DNA from: Flavobacteriales bacterium
GTDB lineage: Bacteria > Bacteroidota > Bacteroidia > Flavobacteriales_D > Crocinitomicaceae
NCBI GenBank assembly: GCA_947475095.1
Contig: CANJLG010000008.1
Coordinates: 21,001-85,000, forward strand
Direction: 5' to 3'
Length of the DNA: 64,000 bases
Position 1 is the stretch's first letter. Each line of letters opens with the position of its first letter. The translations under genes were made by a program, and so were the position numbers. Of this stretch, positions 1-9,813 are shown one piece after another. The notes beneath the pieces are model-generated. The model was not told where the DNA came from. It ran no database searches and worked only from the letters and a program-made list of their open reading frames with translations.

Positions 1-1845
1 AACGCCGAGGAATTATATAAAGAAATACGACGCGTTGTCTTAAAACAACAAGAAAAATTTGAGTTTGCCTACCAAGAAATTTTAGCGGGATTGAAACTTG
101 TTGGAATAGTGCAACTAAATGAAAAAACCGTCACAGAGATTCAAAAAAAGGAGCTAGCAAGTTATTTTCACAAGGAACTTAAGCACGCAATATTCCCTAT
201 AATGCTTAATAAAAAAGATGCCTTTCCTCGATTGCGTGATTATGCGATTTACCTTGCCGTAAAAATCAACTTAAAAGGATCCTCTTCACGTTATTCCCTG
301 ATTCAAGTCCCCTCGGCCTTATCCCGTTTTTATACTATGAAGGAAGATGACTGCCAATACGTCCTCATTCAAGATGATATTATTCGTCTACACTTACATG
401 AAATTTTCGCCATCTACAATTTCACTTCCATTGAAGCATATACCTTTAAGTTTACCAGAGATGCTGAATTAGACCTTGATGACGATCTTTCCCTTTCATT
501 TTTTGAAAAAGTTGAAAAGGGCATTAAGCAGCGGAAAAAAGGTGCGCCTGTTCGCTTTGTTTACGATGAAACGATGCCCAAAGATTTATTGGAGTACCTA
601 CTAAAAGCATTGGGATTAACGCGAGGAATCAATACAATTCCCGGTGGACGCTACCATAACTTTAAAGACTTTATCAATTATCCCGCGTTTGATTTACCCG
701 CCTTACAGTATCCAAAGCAACCGCCCTGCGAACATCCTTTAATGGAAAACGCCCATAGTTTACTTGATTTAATTGCACAGCAAGACATCTTTCTTTATTT
801 TCCTTATCAAAAGTTCGACTATATCGTAGATCTTTTGAGAGAGGCCGCAATTGATCCAAATGTTAAGCACATTAAAATTAATATTTATCGGGTAGCCAAG
901 AACTCCCAAATCATGAACGCCTTATTGGCAGCTGTTTTTAATGGAAAAGAAGTTACCGTTATTATGGAGCTACAAGCGAGATTTGATGAGGAAAATAATC
1001 TTTATTGGTCTAATAGGCTGCGTGAAAATGGTGCTAAAGTTATTCATGGTGCAGCGAATCTTAAGGTACACTCGAAAATGATTCAAATTTCAAGGTATAA
1101 AGATAAAAAAGAGCAATTGTTTAGCTACGTAGGTACTGGAAACTTTAACGAAAAGAGCGCGAAAATATATACGGACTTTGCATTGCTTACAAGTGATAAA
1201 TCAATTTCTAATGAAATAAAAAAAGTGTTTGGTTTGTTGGAGAACAACTTAGACCGAATGGTTTTTAGGCATTTGATTGTTTCCCCTATTAACACACGAA
1301 GAAAAATTTATAAATTAATTGACACGGAAATTAGCAATGCAAAAATGGGGAAGGCTGCAGGAATAAAAATTAAACTAAATAACCTCACTGATCTTCCCTT
1401 AATAGAAAAGCTATATGAGGCAAGTGCTGCGGGTGTAAAAATTGAAATGATTATCCGAGGTATCTGTTGCTTAAAAACAACAATTAAAGGACTTAGTGAT
1501 AATATAACCGTAATTAGTATTGTAGACCGCTACCTAGAACATGCGCGCATGCTAATTTTTGAAAATGCTGGAGATCCATTATTTTATATTTTAAGTGCTG
1601 ACTTTATGGAGCGGAACATAGATTATCGCATTGAGGTTGGGGTTCCTATATACTGCAAAACGATACAAGAAGACCTATCGCGCGTGTTTGATTTTCAATG
1701 GAAAGGAAGTGTTAAGTCGCGTTTAATCACCGGCGACCTCAAAAATATTTACCGAAAAACGAACCTTGCGCCATTTCATGCGCAAGTGGAAACCTACAAG
1801 CATTATTTAGCCTTGAGTCAAACACCAACTGAATCTATTAATTGA
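1..1845 (+). CDS. ppk1: polyphosphate kinase 1 (5' end lies upstream of the window)
   Basis: Frame 1 is open from nt 1, so the listed ORF 91..1845 is only the part after an internal start-like codon. PLD/HKD-like regions typical of PPK1 C-terminal domains: KVHSKMIQISR, VGTGNFNEKSAKIYTDFALLTSD, DRYLEHARMLIF. Confidence 0.9.
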   Translation, partial: NAEELYKEIRRVVLKQQEKFEFAYQEILAGLKLVGIVQLNEKTVTEIQKKELASYFHKELKHAIFPIMLNKKDAFPRLRDYAIYLAVKINLKGSSSRYSLIQVPSALSRFYTMKEDDCQYVLIQDDIIRLHLHEIFAIYNFTSIEAYTFKFTRDAELDLDDDLSLSFFEKVEKGIKQRKKGAPVRFVYDETMPKDLLEYLLKALGLTRGINTIPGGRYHNFKDFINYPAFDLPALQYPKQPPCEHPLMENAHSLLDLIAQQDIFLYFPYQKFDYIVDLLREAAIDPNVKHIKINIYRVAKNSQIMNALLAAVFNGKEVTVIMELQARFDEENNLYWSNRLRENGAKVIHGAANLKVHSKMIQISRYKDKKEQLFSYVGTGNFNEKSAKIYTDFALLTSDKSISNEIKKVFGLLENNLDRMVFRHLIVSPINTRRKIYKLIDTEISNAKMGKAAGIKIKLNNLTDLPLIEKLYEASAAGVKIEMIIRGICCLKTTIKGLSDNITVISIVDRYLEHARMLIFENAGDPLFYILSADFMERNIDYRIEVGVPIYCKTIQEDLSRVFDFQWKGSVKSRLITGDLKNIYRKTNLAPFHAQVETYKHYLALSQTPTESIN

Positions 1846-2852
1846 GGTGTCGGGAATTCATTTTTAAATGGCATTAAATCATTAAAAATAGTATCTATTA
1901 TCTGTTCCGTTCTATTGGGGTAATTCACCGCTATTTGTTGAGATTGCATTAGCCATAAGCTAATCGTTCTACGATGTAATAAACATAGCTTATCTAATAC
2001 AAGAACTCCTATTTTTTTAAGACTCTCAGCATTACAAAGTTGCTCATATTGGCCCATCATTGGGATCACCATTAATTTTTTATTTAGAAACAGTGCTTCA
2101 GCGGGTAATTCAAACCCAGCTCCACACAACACTCCCTCGGATGTCCTTAAACTGTCCGTGAATTTGGTGGTGTCAATGGGATTTACCCACACATTATTAA
2201 CACGATAGCGACAACTTGCATATTTCGAAAAGACATGCCACTCAGCCTTAAAATGCATTAAGGTTTGAACGATGAAATCATCGTGATACGCTGGTAAATA
2301 AACGGTATAATGCCCACGGTTTTCTGATTCTAATTTTCTAATGTTCTCTCTGATAACTGGGGTAAATATAGATGAGGCATAAGATTCGAAATGAAAACCA
2401 TATTTGTGGGGACTTGGGCAATAATTTCCCAAAATGAAATTCCCAATTCTGTGTTTATCTATCGGTTTTGGTGAGCTTGGGTGAGAAACCGCAGCCTGAT
2501 GACTTAATTCAACTGAATTTACGCCGTGATATTTTGCAGACCACGCAGAAATTGGTTCGAAATCACTAATTATTAAGTCGTATTTCTTCGCGGGAAATTG
2601 GCTGATTTCTTTGAAAAACTTAAAGACGTTCGTGTTAATGGCCGTTTTTATGATATCAACTTTCCCTTTTTTAGAAGACAGAAAACTCATGCCTCGCAAT
2701 TGATAATCTATCGAAAAAGATGGTGTCAACTGAGATTGTGTGCCACTCACCAATATATCTACTTGACACCTTTTGCGTAAGTGTGGAACAATGTCCTCTG
2801 CCCGACTTAAATGGCCATTGCCGGTTCCTTGTATCGCATATAACACTTTCAT
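1818..2852 (-). CDS. GT-B fold glycosyltransferase (MJ1255/TIGR00661-like, MurG/GT28-related), substrate unknown
   Basis: N-terminal glycine loop MKVLYAIQGTGNGHLSRA resembles the MurG-type G-loop. Size 344 aa. Its 3' end overlaps the ppk1 3' end by 28 nt (convergent). Confidence 0.6.
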   Translation of the reverse strand: MKVLYAIQGTGNGHLSRAEDIVPHLRKRCQVDILVSGTQSQLTPSFSIDYQLRGMSFLSSKKGKVDIIKTAINTNVFKFFKEISQFPAKKYDLIISDFEPISAWSAKYHGVNSVELSHQAAVSHPSSPKPIDKHRIGNFILGNYCPSPHKYGFHFESYASSIFTPVIRENIRKLESENRGHYTVYLPAYHDDFIVQTLMHFKAEWHVFSKYASCRYRVNNVWVNPIDTTKFTDSLRTSEGVLCGAGFELPAEALFLNKKLMVIPMMGQYEQLCNAESLKKIGVLVLDKLCLLHRRTISLWLMQSQQIAVNYPNRTEQIIDTIFNDLMPFKNEFPTPQLIDSVGV

Positions 2853-2855
2853 AAG

Positions 2856-3716
2856 CTATATTTTTACAACGTTTTGTGTGATTTCAGCAAGTAAAACCTC
2901 TATCGAAAGTTCCTCCCTACGAGATTTTATTAATTCGCTTTTTATGTTTTTTTGTGGGCTTTGATCCTCAAAATAAAGCTTCCAAACGCCATCATGGTAT
3001 TCTAATGCTGTTGAATTTTCAACCCAATCTCCTGAATTAAGGTACATCACCTTTTCACCACTCTTCGTTTGAAGTTCTTTTATTTCCGGTTGATGGATGT
3101 GACCACAAATAACATAATCATACCCATTGGCAATCGCGAGTTCTGCGGCGGTTATTTCAAAATTACTTACGTAACTCACAACCCCCTTCACGCTGTTTTT
3201 TATTTTTTTTGACAACGAAATCCTTCCCCTCCCGAGTTTTTCACTGACCCAATTCATAAACGTATTTAACATTATAAGAATGTCATATCCTTTTCCGCCT
3301 AGCTTTGCCAACCATTTTGAATGTCTCATGGTGGTGTCAAATACATCTCCATGAAAAATCCAAGCACGACCTGTTGGTAGATTTAGAACTATTTTATTAA
3401 CGATTTCGAAATTTGCAATTTTAAACCCTGTAAATCTCCGTAACATTTCATCGTGATTTCCTGTGACATAATAAACCATTGTTCCAGAACTCAGAAAAGA
3501 TGTTATTTCTCTTATAACCTGCATGTGCGCAGCAGGAAAATAACGCTTCGAAAATTGCCATATATCAATGATGTCGCCATTTAACACCAAAGTCTTAGGC
3601 TTAATACTCCTTAAGTATTTAACCAATTCTTCTGCGCGGGAACCATAAGTGCCCAAATGCACATCTGAAATTACAACCAAGTCAACTTCTCTTCTCATAC
3701 TCTTAATTTCCAACAA
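2856..3716 (-). CDS. LpxH-family calcineurin-like metallophosphoesterase (UDP-2,3-diacylglucosamine diphosphatase-like)
   Basis: Metallophosphoesterase motifs in order: ISDVHLG, NGDIIDIW, GNHD, FHGD, GHIH. Only 3 nt separate it from the downstream glycosyltransferase. Confidence 0.65.
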   Translation of the reverse strand: MLEIKSMRREVDLVVISDVHLGTYGSRAEELVKYLRSIKPKTLVLNGDIIDIWQFSKRYFPAAHMQVIREITSFLSSGTMVYYVTGNHDEMLRRFTGFKIANFEIVNKIVLNLPTGRAWIFHGDVFDTTMRHSKWLAKLGGKGYDILIMLNTFMNWVSEKLGRGRISLSKKIKNSVKGVVSYVSNFEITAAELAIANGYDYVICGHIHQPEIKELQTKSGEKVMYLNSGDWVENSTALEYHDGVWKLYFEDQSPQKNIKSELIKSRREELSIEVLLAEITQNVVKI

Positions 3717-3858
3717 AGGTGGGCCTTTGATGTTTCCTGAGTTTTAAGCGAAGATTAAGGCGCAAATAGATATTAATACTGATTTGTTCAAAACAGATCC
3801 TAGAAATATCCTAGACGTAAAATATAAGCCAACAGATAAACTCGGGATGCGTCTTGGA

Positions 3859-6800
3859 CTACTCTTTAATAACCTTTGTTAAATTAGTTTCGCCATTCTG
3901 ATCTAATTTTATTAAATAAGATCCCCGAGCGAATGAAGAGAAGTCAAGCATTATTTCCGTTTGATTTTTAACCTGATCGGTAAATAATACCCTTCCATCC
4001 ATGGTTAAAATGGAGATTGTAGCAGAAATCGGCATATTAAACATTCCGTAGACCTCGCTTTGCGTTGGGTTGGGATAGTAGGAAAGTTTAAATAAATCTT
4101 CTTCATAAATCCCCAAACAAGGGTCTAAGACCACCACGGTGCTACCCGATTCTGTACAGCCATTTAATTCTCCTGTTACAGTGTAAGTTCCTGCTTGGGT
4201 GATTGAAGTTGAGGTGCCAGAAGTGCCATTGCTCCATAAAAATGAAGTAGCGTTACCCGCGGCTGTCAATTGGAGAGGCAAATTATAGTCGCAAACTGTT
4301 GTATCACTCACTAAGAAAATTGTCGGATTTGGATTAACCTCAACAGTAAATGCCGATGACCCTTCACAATTGTTGGTGTCTATTCCCACAACAGACAAGG
4401 TTATTGTAGATGCTGGCTGGAAATATGTTCCATTGAACTGACCTATATTCCAGGTATAGTTCGCTGCACCATTCGCTTGAAGAAGAATGGAGTCGCCGGC
4501 ACAAATCGTTTGGTTTACACCAGCAGAAATAGTAGGTAAAGCATTAACCGTTACAAACAAATTATCTTGATCTTGACATCCGTAAGCGTTTGTTCCTGTT
4601 ACAATATAGTTAGTGGTGTTGGTGGGAGTAAATGAAACGCCATTTACAGCACCATTATCCCATGAATACGTTTGAGCACCACTAGCAACAAGTACAATAT
4701 TCCCGCCTTCACAAAGTTCTATATCACTTCCAGCGAAAACAGTCGGAGAAGGATTGACAAACACTGTTATTTGATCAACATTCTGACATTGGTTTAAATC
4801 TACTCCGGTCAAGGTATAGGTCTGTGTAAGTTGTGGAATAAATGGGGAATTATTAATTACACCATTAGTCCAAGAATAACTTGTTGCTCCTGAGCCCGTT
4901 AAAATTACCGAGTCTCCGAAACAAATTGTTAAATCATTTCCTGCAAAAACATTCGGTAATCCGAGCACATTTACAAGAACAACATCATTGCTAGAACATC
5001 CCGTAGAAGAATTCGTGCCCGTTACAAAATAACTAGTGGAAGATAGGTTTGTTCCAGTTTGAACAGTTAAAGAAGCGCCCGTTGCCCCATTATTCCACAC
5101 ATAGTTTGTTGCTCCCGTAGCTGTAAAAGTTACACTTGAGCCTCCACAAACCGTTTGATCAACACCCGCTGAAACAATTGGAAGCGAATTTACAGTCACC
5201 GTTGTGGTTGCTGTGCCCGTACAGCCTTGTGAATTAGTGCCTGTAACTGTATACGTTGCTGTTGAGACAGGCGTAAAGGCTACTGCATTGGTCACACCAT
5301 TGCTCCAAGAATATGTTAAAGCACCACTTCCATTCAGGGTTACTGGTGAGCCTGCACATACTGATTGATTTATGCTGGCAGATACAGTTGGTGAAGGAAG
5401 GATTGTTATTACTTTAATCAAAGATGTGTCTGAACAGGCTAATGGCAAGCTATTTACCAAAACAGCATACGAACCCGCTTGTGCTGCTATTAATTGTGTA
5501 CTTGTCTCTCCAATTATTGGTTGGCCATTTAGTAACCATTGGTAAGAACTTCCTGTTGATCCTGGAATCGAAAGGGTTGTGCTCGCCCCAACACAAATAG
5601 AGTTGGCAGCAGCGGTAACAACGGCACCTGCTGCTGTAGCACAAGTATTTACTTGATAGATAGATAGGGTTGAGCTAACCTCGTTTGCCAAAATCACAAT
5701 ATCGTTGCCATTCGGCGAAATCGCTGCGGGGATGCTAACAATTCCCTCTGCGCCTAAATCTGGCCCGCTCAACGTTGTTGATCTATTATTCCGATAGGCA
5801 ACATAAACTGGTGATAAAGGGTTCTCTACATTGAAAACCATGACGCCACCAATCCTTTCTAATGCTAGAAAAACATACGGCTTTCCATTGATTGTCTGAA
5901 AATATATTCCTTCGATCTCAGGGCCTTTATCATCGCTTCTGTTTTTTAAAGATGGTGTGCCAGTAGAATTTGACGCATTAAAAATAGCGGCGAAAGTTGG
6001 ATGGTTAGCTATTATTTGCTCGATTAAATCCTTCGAATCATAAACAAGAGCGCCTGTTGTAGCGTTTCGAATACTAAAAGACCTTCCACTCATAACATGC
6101 AATTCGTCATAATCGCCATCGCCGTCTGTATCTCCTGAATATTTTAAGGCACTAAGTCTACCCAGAAACTTGCTGTTTTTAAGTATGCTTGCATCTGGAA
6201 AGGCTACCGCATCCAAGTTTGCAAATGTAGTTGAATTGATTCTATTAGCATCTACTACAGTCCCAAACTCGCGCGAATCACCTTCATTGGCTGTGAAAAT
6301 ATACCCTTGTCCTCCTATGGTTCCAAAGCTAAGTGCATCAGGCATATAAGCTCCTTTGATTGGCAGGTCTCCAGTAATTAAGATCGCGCCACTTTGATCA
6401 GAGGCGTCTAAGGCGTTATTCGATCCAGTTCCATATGGGCTATAGCCCAAAGCAGCTAGGCTGATTATCGTATTATTTGTAAGGTCAATCGTCAAAAGTG
6501 CATTTGCTTCTTGAATTCCCACGTAGGCTTTTGTGTTATCGTCCGAAATGGTGATGTATTCTGGCTCTAAATCCTGTGCTACAGTCGCACTTGTTGAGAA
6601 CACACGAATTCCTTGTGCAATCAATGTGGACTGCTGTCCATTATAGGATGTTAATCCTATTGTAGTCACATTCGCATTTGTTAGATTAGCAATTCCAGGT
6701 GTTAAATCTACAATGGAAACAGATCCCTCAGGGTCAACCGTATACGCTGCATTTGGCTCTCCTTCATTCGCGGTGAGAATTTTAGTATAGTTTTTATTAA

Positions 6801-8187
6801 AGGTGATCATATCTGGCATAGCACCAACCGTCACTTGACTCAAGAAGTTGCCATTATAATCCAAAAACACGACTGAACCATTAAGTTGTGGGTTGATGTT
6901 TTCTATTGCCAATGCAACGATGCTGTCATGCGCAACAACCGAGTTAATGTTCCCATAAGGAGTAGTAGAAATCGACGTTATTAACACCGGTAGAGCGGGA
7001 TTGGCAAAATTAACAATGTCTAATTTTGCAGCAATGCTATTTGCAATAAACAAACGGTCAACATCTTCGTCAAATGCAACTATTTCAGCGGAATTCGTTC
7101 CTGCAGTACCGTTAGAAAAGCTCGATAAAAGAGTTAAGTTTAATGCATTCGTTGGCGAAGGGGCTTGGTAATCATTGTCTTTAATGAAAATGATTTGGTA
7201 ATTCTCCGTTGTTGATATTCTTGTATTGGTTCCTGATAGTATTTTTACAACAATTCGTTCTGCTTTTTCAGGTAATAAGTCGTCAATAATTGTAATTACA
7301 TGATTGGTAGTGCCATTCGTGTTGGCTGGTATTGTTACTGTATTGGTCCATGTAAAATCTACATTGTCGGTCGCGTTTGAATAAACAGAGAAACCTAGGT
7401 TTAAGGTTACTGGGCTGGCATTTGCATTCGCAATTAATATCGGAACGTTAACCGTCCCAACATTTTCAGCTACTTGAATAAAATTGTTGGCGGCAGCAAT
7501 GGATGTGTTAGCTCCTCCATCTACTTTTACATTGTCAAATCGCCAAGTGCCTCCGCTTGCAATTGTGCTTGTTAATACTGTTTGTCTAAACTCTCCTGTA
7601 GCCTGATAGTGTGCCGCAAGAATTCTAACGGCAAAATTTGGATTGTTATTCGCTGCTAGTATGGATACGAAATCTACTGAAATTCTTCTGTATTGATCAC
7701 CAACACCGTTGTTTTGAAAACGACCTCCATCAAGAACACCGTTACAATAAGTCGTGTTTTGGTCCGTCATCACAAAGTCTGTCCAAGCAAGACCATCAGT
7801 TGTATATTTAACTCTCACAGTATTTGCCGATGTACTAGACCAGCGTTGGTCCCAGGTAAATTTTATGTTTTGATAGCCAACAGTTGAGACATTATATTGA
7901 ACACCGTTGGATTCATTTGCTAATCCTGGAGCGGCAGTAAAAGCCCAGGCTCCTGGATTTAGTCCGTTTTGAGCTCCACAGCCATTATTTATTATCGGGT
8001 CCATGCCTGTTGCAGCTGCAGCAACAGTAAGTGTCCCCACTATAGAAGAGGTGCCCACGCCTAAATCAGCATTGTAAGTAGTTGGGGAACCAACTATTGT
8101 GTTGTAGTTCCAAAGTGCAATCTGAGATTGGGCAACCAATGTTGATAAAAAAATGCCTGTAAAAGAAAAGAGTAGTTTTGAAATCAT
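3859..8187 (-). CDS. 1442-aa secreted multidomain surface protein, T9SS cargo: N-terminal beta-sandwich region, Calx-beta-like module, choice-of-anchor-I-like beta-propeller region, about 7 tandem Cys-containing Ig-like repeats, type A T9SS C-terminal sorting domain
   Basis: Signal peptide MISKLLFSFTGIFLSTLVAQSQ. Calx-beta-like stretch VGTVNVPILIANANASPVTLNLGFS...ITIIDD. Propeller-like motifs LEPEYITISDDNTKAYV, DTDGDGDYDELHV, GPEIEGIYF...ERIGGVMVF. C-terminus YYPNPTQSEVY...LTMDGRVLF...GSYLIKL matches the Por_Secre_tail pattern. Confidence 0.8.
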   Translation of the reverse strand: MISKLLFSFTGIFLSTLVAQSQIALWNYNTIVGSPTTYNADLGVGTSSIVGTLTVAAAATGMDPIINNGCGAQNGLNPGAWAFTAAPGLANESNGVQYNVSTVGYQNIKFTWDQRWSSTSANTVRVKYTTDGLAWTDFVMTDQNTTYCNGVLDGGRFQNNGVGDQYRRISVDFVSILAANNNPNFAVRILAAHYQATGEFRQTVLTSTIASGGTWRFDNVKVDGGANTSIAAANNFIQVAENVGTVNVPILIANANASPVTLNLGFSVYSNATDNVDFTWTNTVTIPANTNGTTNHVITIIDDLLPEKAERIVVKILSGTNTRISTTENYQIIFIKDNDYQAPSPTNALNLTLLSSFSNGTAGTNSAEIVAFDEDVDRLFIANSIAAKLDIVNFANPALPVLITSISTTPYGNINSVVAHDSIVALAIENINPQLNGSVVFLDYNGNFLSQVTVGAMPDMITFNKNYTKILTANEGEPNAAYTVDPEGSVSIVDLTPGIANLTNANVTTIGLTSYNGQQSTLIAQGIRVFSTSATVAQDLEPEYITISDDNTKAYVGIQEANALLTIDLTNNTIISLAALGYSPYGTGSNNALDASDQSGAILITGDLPIKGAYMPDALSFGTIGGQGYIFTANEGDSREFGTVVDANRINSTTFANLDAVAFPDASILKNSKFLGRLSALKYSGDTDGDGDYDELHVMSGRSFSIRNATTGALVYDSKDLIEQIIANHPTFAAIFNASNSTGTPSLKNRSDDKGPEIEGIYFQTINGKPYVFLALERIGGVMVFNVENPLSPVYVAYRNNRSTTLSGPDLGAEGIVSIPAAISPNGNDIVILANEVSSTLSIYQVNTCATAAGAVVTAAANSICVGASTTLSIPGSTGSSYQWLLNGQPIIGETSTQLIAAQAGSYAVLVNSLPLACSDTSLIKVITILPSPTVSASINQSVCAGSPVTLNGSGALTYSWSNGVTNAVAFTPVSTATYTVTGTNSQGCTGTATTTVTVNSLPIVSAGVDQTVCGGSSVTFTATGATNYVWNNGATGASLTVQTGTNLSSTSYFVTGTNSSTGCSSNDVVLVNVLGLPNVFAGNDLTICFGDSVILTGSGATSYSWTNGVINNSPFIPQLTQTYTLTGVDLNQCQNVDQITVFVNPSPTVFAGSDIELCEGGNIVLVASGAQTYSWDNGAVNGVSFTPTNTTNYIVTGTNAYGCQDQDNLFVTVNALPTISAGVNQTICAGDSILLQANGAANYTWNIGQFNGTYFQPASTITLSVVGIDTNNCEGSSAFTVEVNPNPTIFLVSDTTVCDYNLPLQLTAAGNATSFLWSNGTSGTSTSITQAGTYTVTGELNGCTESGSTVVVLDPCLGIYEEDLFKLSYYPNPTQSEVYGMFNMPISATISILTMDGRVLFTDQVKNQTEIMLDFSSFARGSYLIKLDQNGETNLTKVIKE
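4115..5650 (-). repeat. tandem coding repeats, about 7 units of about 70-75 aa (Ig-like, two conserved Cys per unit), inside the 1442-aa gene
   Basis: Recurring pattern (V/I/L)C.G.S..L.A.GA..Y.W.NG.....F.P..T..Y.V.G.....C.....V.V...P read from the translation. Coordinates are approximate. Confidence 0.75.
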
Positions 8188-8306
8188 AATGCAGTGTTTT
8201 TAGAACTGCAAAATTCCTTCTTTTCCTGCCCATGAATGTTTCGTTAAAATTATATTTTTTGTGGCTTATATTTATTTACTGTTAATTAACAGTGGTCTGA
8301 AAATTA

Positions 8307-8729
8307 CTATTTTACCGTAATATTAATTGTCTTGCTGTTGTTCACAACAACAGCTGCTTCTGCGAAGCTAGGCGCACTAAAAGTTCTGCGCGCATTATTA
8401 GAAAACCCATAAGACTCTGTTGGAATCCCTAAATAATTTTTATCTAACACTTTATTGTTATTTATATCATGATAAACCGCAACGGCATAGGAGCCGACTG
8501 AAAGACCTGTAAAAATGATCCTTGCTTCATTATTCTTAATGGCAATTGCTTTTCCTATGTATTGTTTTCCAAATACTGGAAAAGCATCCGTTTTTCGATA
8601 AATTGCGACAAATGCAGTGCCTTGGTTTGATGGAAACCCTTTAATTATGGCTGATAAATCGACCGTGGTCGTTTGAGGGGCCAGGCCTAAAAAAAGAAAT
8701 GGTAATAAAACTGATTTTAAAAACAACAT
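8307..8729 (-). CDS. DUF2141 domain-containing secreted protein
   Basis: Signal peptide, then AVAVYHDINNNKVLDKNYLGIPTESYGFSNNA, which matches my recollection of the DUF2141 core. Size 140 aa. Confidence 0.6.
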   Translation of the reverse strand: MLFLKSVLLPFLFLGLAPQTTTVDLSAIIKGFPSNQGTAFVAIYRKTDAFPVFGKQYIGKAIAIKNNEARIIFTGLSVGSYAVAVYHDINNNKVLDKNYLGIPTESYGFSNNARRTFSAPSFAEAAVVVNNSKTINITVK

Positions 8730-8784
8730 ATAAATCTGATAAAAACTTCAATAAAATTAATTCTTTTTCCGCTACCTTTGAAGG

Positions 8785-9813
8785 ATGTCGAAAAATGTTT
8801 TAATTACTGGGGGTGCCGGATATATTGGCGCACATACCGTTGATGCATTAGTAAGAAGTGGGTACACACCTATTATTGTTGATGATTTTCGTAATAGTAA
8901 TCCAAGCGTACTACAAGATTTAAGTAAATTAATTGGGTTCGAACCCTTGTTTTATACTATTGACATCTGTGATAAAGCGGCATTAAAAGACGTTTTTAAA
9001 ACACAACAAATTAATTCCGTTATTCATTTTGCCGCTTTTAAAGCTGTGGGTGAATCTGTGATAGAACCGCTAAAATATTATCAAAATAACCTCATCGGTT
9101 TATTGAATGTGTTAGAATGCATGGAAGCATTTGATGTGCAGGAATTGGTGTTTTCTTCCTCTTGTACCGTATATGGCGAACCAGATTCAATCAAAGAGGT
9201 AACTGAAGAAACCCCCAAACAACTCCCCACCTCACCTTATGGTTATACCAAATGGATGGCCGAGCAGATTATTTCCGATTATGCGAAAGCAAATAGCCGT
9301 TTTAAGGTAATCTGTTTGCGTTATTTTAATCCTATTGGCGCCCATCCTAGCGGATTAATCGGAGAATTGCCTATTGGGAAGCCAAATAATTTATTGCCCT
9401 TTATTACACAAACTGCTATTGGGAAACACAGTAAATTATTGGTTTTTGGGAATGATTACCCCACCCTAGATGGAACTTGCATAAGGGATTATATTCACGT
9501 GATGGATTTAGCGGACGCACATATAAAAGCCGTCGAGGCCTTTGGTAATAATTCTATCGCATCCTGTGAATATATTAATGTAGGAACCGGAAAAGGAACC
9601 AGTGTCCTTCAAATGATTCAAGCTTTTGAAGAAATTAGTGGGGCAAATCTTTCCTGGGAATTTGCCCCAAGAAGAACTGGAGATATCATAGAAATCTATG
9701 CAAATGTGGATCGCGCTAAAACCTTGTTAAACTGGCAAGCACAATTTTCCTATCAAGACGCCATAAAAGATGCTTGGAATTGGGAACTCTCAAACAAACA
9801 GAAAGAACGCTAA
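8785..9813 (+). CDS. galE: UDP-glucose 4-epimerase
   Basis: Rossmann motif ITGGAGYIGAH, catalytic SPYGYTKW (YxxxK), conserved CLRYFNPIGAHPSG and DGTCIRDYIHV. Confidence 0.9.
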   Translation: MSKNVLITGGAGYIGAHTVDALVRSGYTPIIVDDFRNSNPSVLQDLSKLIGFEPLFYTIDICDKAALKDVFKTQQINSVIHFAAFKAVGESVIEPLKYYQNNLIGLLNVLECMEAFDVQELVFSSSCTVYGEPDSIKEVTEETPKQLPTSPYGYTKWMAEQIISDYAKANSRFKVICLRYFNPIGAHPSGLIGELPIGKPNNLLPFITQTAIGKHSKLLVFGNDYPTLDGTCIRDYIHVMDLADAHIKAVEAFGNNSIASCEYINVGTGKGTSVLQMIQAFEEISGANLSWEFAPRRTGDIIEIYANVDRAKTLLNWQAQFSYQDAIKDAWNWELSNKQKER

